From Eutreptiella sp. 'Long Island Sound 2002' (taxonomy: Eukaryota > Protista > Euglenida), in contig OZ038378.1 in the NCBI GenBank assembly GCA_964036045.1, positions 4,216,001 through 4,280,000 of the forward strand: a DNA stretch of 64,000 nucleotides, read 5' to 3'. Under the pieces are notes generated by a model. It had not been told where the DNA came from, did no database searches, and was given only the letters and a program-made list of their open reading frames with translations. Positions 59,223 through 64,000 of the stretch are shown piece after piece (the stretch's first letter is position 1; every line of letters starts with the position of its first letter). The translations under genes were made by a program, and so were the position numbers.

Positions 59223-61130
59223 TAACACAGAGAAATTGCCGTCCGTTTTGCCGTCATCAAGCGATCTAAGGTAACTCATTTTGGCGTGGCAGTCATTTGT
59301 CAACAGCATTGCCAGATTGTCTGGCGTTGCCAGGTTGTCTGGCGGGGTCAAAACCCCCGTCCGAGCTCTTTTGGCTCGTGGCCTTGCAGACAACACACTG
59401 CACATGGGTACCCCCCAAAACCTGCCCCTCCTAGACCCCCCCACAGGGGGGGGGGGGGTGCCCTCAGCCACGGTTAGTTTGGGGGGGTTATTTCACATCA
59501 TAACCGAGGAGGCAGCCCCCCCGTGTTCAGGAATGGCCATTGCCTCCGCCACTCTATTGACCTGTGCAGAATCTTGGTGCAGAGGTTTCTCCACATGCAC
59601 AGCGGACGATGAAGCCTGAGTGCGGATTCTGATGCTGAGGCCCAATCTCTCTATCCGAGTGACTGAGCCTGGGAACGGCTCAGAATCGTATCTCAAACGC
59701 CCCCAACGACAGCTTGTGGAGTACCTCGCCAGCACCGATCCCCGTCAGCGCACCCACCGTCAAGTCGCAGCCAGTGCCAAGTTTTACCCTGATTTGGAGC
59801 CGAGGAGCCTGTCACCCAGCGACCAGGTGTGCAGCGCTACAGGACAGGGCAGGATATGGCATGCGCCCCCAAAGGTAGATGGTGGCCGTTTGTTTGTGGT
59901 TTGCAGACCAAGAAGCAAAGGCAGCACGTCTCAGACAGCGCGGGCCTTCCAGTGGTGCCTGCAAGTCAAGGGGAGGCTGCAGGTGCTGGGGCTCTGCCAC
60001 AGATTCATGGGTTCAAAGAACCACATCCCTCGTGTCAGTTTTGGCAAATTTTGCACTATTCCTCATGTTGTTGCTCGTTGCAGCCATGTCCTCTTTGCCC
60101 TGGTAATCCCCCCCACCCGCAGATCCGCAGCAACGGGGAGGGAGCAAGAGAGGGGTATGCAGGTGGACGAGCAGAATCATGGGAATGACTGAATGTGAAG
60201 CATGTCTGTGCCGGCGTGGGAGGGACGCCATGGGGCAGAAGCAGCATCTGTGAGCAGAGGGACCACTGCCCCACTCTCACTTACCAAAAGTGCTTTCCCC
60301 CAGTGGCCCAGGACCAGCAACGTATGCGATTTCCTCCAGAAAACCCGAACCAGTGCATCCAGAAGTACGAACCGGCGAAACTCAGCCTTTGAGGCAAACC
60401 CCCCAAGTTCATGGACCTGCAAAGTGGGGCAGCCCCAAACGCCGCATTGCGAAGTGCAGGACTTCGTCCACAAACAGACCACACACGTGAACCAACCCAG
60501 AGGTTCTTGCTGGCGATTGTGGTTCACGTGTTGTGGATTCCCCCCCACAGACTTCATCAATGAAAGCAGGTCACACAAAAGACATGGCATTGGACACGGT
60601 TATACTGCGCGGTACCGTACGCAACCAGCGGTTATGGAACCCGTCCCTTTGGAATGTGCCACAATCAACGAAGCCAATCTGCAAGGTCAGGAGAGCCATG
60701 GCACATGGATGTGCCATTTCTAGGTCTCCATGGACGTCCTGTTTTCCCTTCACCGCGTTCCGTGTGTGAGCCACGGTATTAAACCGGGACGGATCCACAG
60801 CATTTTGCGACAACATCAGCGCCTGGTGCAGGCCCGCTTATCATTTGCAATGTTTCTCAAAGCCACGCATGTCCACGCTGCACTCAGGCATAGGGGATGT
60901 GTCACATTTGCATAATCTTAGCCCTGCAGATGTGGATATGGTCAGGTGTCGGGTGGTGCTGCAGGCCGCAGGCCGAGCGCCGAGTCCAGATGCGCATGTC
61001 GATGTAATTCAAGATTTAGGTCTACGTCTGGATCACGATCCAGAGCCCGTGGAGATGTCAATGCCCTGTGACCTGATTTGACTGTCTGTGCAGACCGTAC
61101 TTATTGGATGGGGCATTTCGTATTCGTCGT

Positions 61131-61134
<4 letters not shown>

Positions 61135-61166
<32 letters not shown>
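61135..61166. repeat. (TG)16 microsatellite
   Basis: Read directly. Confidence 0.95.
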
Positions 61167-61167
<1 letters not shown>

Positions 61168-61643
61168 TCTTTTGTTTGGCGCACTCCTTGCGCAGTATAA
61201 CTGGTGTGCTGCAAAACGCAGTGCCTTGCGTGACCCTGTGGCTTGCTTAAGGTTGTGAGTGGGGGTTGGAACAACACAGGCCTGCAAGAGTTTAGATATA
61301 ATTGCCGAATCAGCAGTGAAATTGACGGCCCATTGGAATGCTCTGTTGCATCCGGAAGGGCACCTTGAAATGCTTCACCCCATTGATTCGAAACAAATAC
61401 AGGCAGAACAGTAAACATGTCATCCTGCATTCTTGACCACAAAAACTGCGGGTAAAAACCAAACAATTAGGGGGCCGCCATGCTTGAACGAAGACGTGCC
61501 ATCAAGCCATTGCAGCACGCCACGTCAGACGGCAGGTACGGCGTAGCACTCGCCGTCTCCTTCACATCCTTCTCCTCCCCCGCAAGTCGCCCCTGTCAAT
61601 TCCACAGCGCATGGTCAACGAGCGGCTGCACAGCGGCTCCAGT

Positions 61644-62135
61644 TCACCCACGCAAATTGCCTTTCCCCCGCCGCCAGCAGCGCTCCGGGCGCCATGGCTG
61701 AAGCGCGACATCTACATCTCCCACAACCCGCGGTCCAAGAGGCCATTGTCCCCTTCGACGCGTTGCACGGGCGTTAAGCAGTTGCAGGGCCTTCAGGTGT
61801 GGGTCTGTGGAAGGGGGGGGGGGGGTTCGTGTGGTTGGGGTTTCGAGTGATTGGCGTTGAGGGCCCCCTTGGGTCTGTGCAAGAGGGCGACCCCGGGGCC
61901 CGTGGTAGCGGTTCTCGCCCTTTTTGATGCAGTCGAAGCCTCCGCACCCGCCAAAGGTGTCCCCGGTGCCCAAGGAGGAGCCCATCCCGCTGATCCGGAA
62001 GCCAAGGCCCAAGAAGCAGATGAGCAGATCGGAGGAGACATCGGTGTGCCTGCATTGGTCACAGGCCCGCCGCTCGGGAAGGATGTTGATGTCCTGCAAC
62101 AGCCCAGGGCTGATGGTCGGTGAAGCGTAATCCAC
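61644..62135 (-). CDS. Possible coding exon(s) of an unknown minus-strand gene
   Basis: The frame PTISPGLLQDINILPERRACDQCRHTDVSSDLLICF...ENRYHGP uses mostly G/C-ending codons, like TPI. No family is recognised and the boundaries are uncertain. Confidence 0.3.
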   Translation of the reverse strand: MDYASPTISPGLLQDINILPERRACDQCRHTDVSSDLLICFLGLGFRISGMGSSLGTGDTFGGCGGFDCIKKGENRYHGPRGRPLAQTQGGPQRQSLETPTTRTPPPPSTDPHLKALQLLNARATRRRGQWPLGPRVVGDVDVALQPWRPERCWRRGKGNLRG

Positions 62136-62176
62136 AGTGCAGCAGTTTGATTGGTTGCGGCCTCATGAGAGCTCCT

Positions 62177-62315
62177 GACAGCCCTTGACAGCCCTTGACA
62201 GCCCTTGACAGCCCTTGACAGCCCTTGACAGCCCTTGACAGCCCTTGACAGCCCTTGACAGCCTTTGACAGCCCTTGACAGCCCTTGACAGCCCTTGACA
62301 GTCCTTGACAGCCCT
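62177..62315. repeat. 10-bp tandem repeat (GACAGCCCTT)~14
   Basis: About 14 units with two substitutions. Confidence 0.95.
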
Positions 62316-64000
62316 GGTAGAAATGTCCCTTCACAGCCTCGGGACACAAAAAGTGATCGTGCAATCATACGGGATTTGCATGTGCAACGGCTGAATCATC
62401 TGTGCACAACCGAACAAAGGGTTGGCCAGTTAAGTTCTTCTGCTGCGTGCCTCTGGGGACAAAACAACATCAAACAATGAGTGTTCCCATTCGCAGTGTA
62501 CGGACTGACGCATGGCACCATTTTGCTGAGCGCAGAGGCATCGGGTCCGTCAGAGTAGAGTGCATTGTGTAGTCAGCGATTTGCGGAGTCGCAAGATGCT
62601 GAGCTCTGACAAGTGTGCACATGGGGTAGCACATCCCCAACAACCACCACCCGGAAAGGGTGCCACCACCTGCGCTGCTCTACAGGCAAAACGCACGTTT
62701 GAATCCGTCCAGGGGGGGGGGGAATATGCGATTCGCATTTTTCCGCATTTTCCGCATTTTTTTCCCCATTTTTTGGGCAGGTCCCTTAGTGTAATGTTCA
62801 AGAGGAAACATTCTGGTGGCATTGTCTTGTAGTCAGTTAGTTGTGAGGAACAATGGGTTTTGTGGGCGCCAGAGGCGCCGGAGATTTTTTTTTAGGCAGA
62901 TGGCAGGGGGAAATTTTTTTGTTTGACCCTATGTGTCTATGCTCAACATACTCAGAATTTTGTGGAGAATTCAAAAATGGATGAAAAACACAAAAAAGGA
63001 CATTGACCCCGACCCGACCTCCAGGTCGGACCTTCGCTGATGGGAGCCTGAGTTGATGGGCAAATTTTTTTTGAAAATTTTTTTCCCCAGTTGTGTATGT
63101 TCAAAATGAACAGCGTGTCATGGGGATCATTTTGAGGTATGTATGTTGGGGTACCCCCCCCCCCCCCGGGGAGCCCGGCGGTTTGGGTCAATGGGGGAGC
63201 ACCTGATGCGGCGCGGAGATTCAGCGGTCTGGCCTGACCAAGCAGCTGCAGCTTCTGCCCCTAGCGGTTTTGAGCCTAGTCCATGATATTCTTGAGTTGA
63301 ACTACTGCACTAAGTTGTTCCATCAAACCGTCCATGCTTTGAGCGCCCAATTGTGCAAGACGAGACGAAACATAGGGGTTTCGAGGGGCAAACGCCATTC
63401 TAACAAAACCGCATTTTCTATCGCATTTTTTGCCGCATTTTCCGCATTTTTTCCGCATTTTTCCGCATTTTTTGCCAATCCCGGCGACCGCATTCCCCCC
63501 CCCCCCCCCTGATCCGTCTCAAGCCGCGTTCAAAAGGCTTCAACAAATGCGTCACATGTCACCGGGATATTCTGGTCGGCCCAACGAGAGAAGGGGCAGG
63601 GGCTCGAACGGGTACTTGCGATTCTGATGACAAATAGATGCAGACCAGTGGCCCACAACGACTTCATTTCTTTGGCCCTTGAGGCCCACAGACCCTCAGG
63701 CCCACAGACCCTCACCCTCGCCCTGGCTTCGCCCCCAATTTTTCCAATTTTTGATGGTCTTGCTTTTGTGTCCAGTAGGGGCGGAGTTGAGCAAAAACGG
63801 TGTGTCTTGCACAGAAGTCCCCCTTGCCCTTCCCCACACACACACACACACAGCCTCCGCACTCTGGCTCCAGCATTCACAGACCCCCAGTCCGAGCCCG
63901 GAGCCATCGGGAACCACATTGCCTATGGCACAGGGAGCACACTCCACTGCTACAGCGACACCACTTACAACAAATGCCTCGAGTTGCTGCGCGCCCCCGG

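Noticed and set aside
62177-62315. CRISPR-like array or repeat protein (LSRAVKGCQG)n
   Set aside because: It is a contiguous 10-bp tandem repeat with no spacers or cas genes, in a eukaryotic context.
63870-64000. Possible + strand exon (TDPQSEPGAIGNHIAYGTG...)
   Set aside because: It is too short and cut by the window edge to support a call.

Overview
Eukaryotic, repeat-rich genomic DNA with GT-AG introns. All four distinct intron donors in the two supported genes read GT(G/A)TG, and the repeat landscape resembles a euglenid such as Eutreptiella (from recollection, unverified). The window holds seven head-to-tail + strand copies of a 3-exon triosephosphate isomerase (TPI) gene. Copy A is partial, B follows, then comes an ~18.5 kb interruption, then copies C-G. 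The exons are almost identical, including synonymous sites, while intron interiors, 3' UTRs and spacers are mosaics of unrelated sequence. The interruption carries a 3-exon RsmI-family (16S rRNA C1402 2'-O-methyltransferase) gene with Bacteroidetes-like signatures and a mitochondrial-type presequence. Its 5.7 kb first intron holds a Mutator-like DNA transposon (9-bp TSD, GC-palindromic TIRs, dead DDE transposase) nested in an older repeat. The rest is minisatellites, dispersed repeats and decayed coding-like fragments. No rRNA, tRNA or CRISPR array was recognised. Most ORFs in the supplied track are antisense or repeat artefacts.
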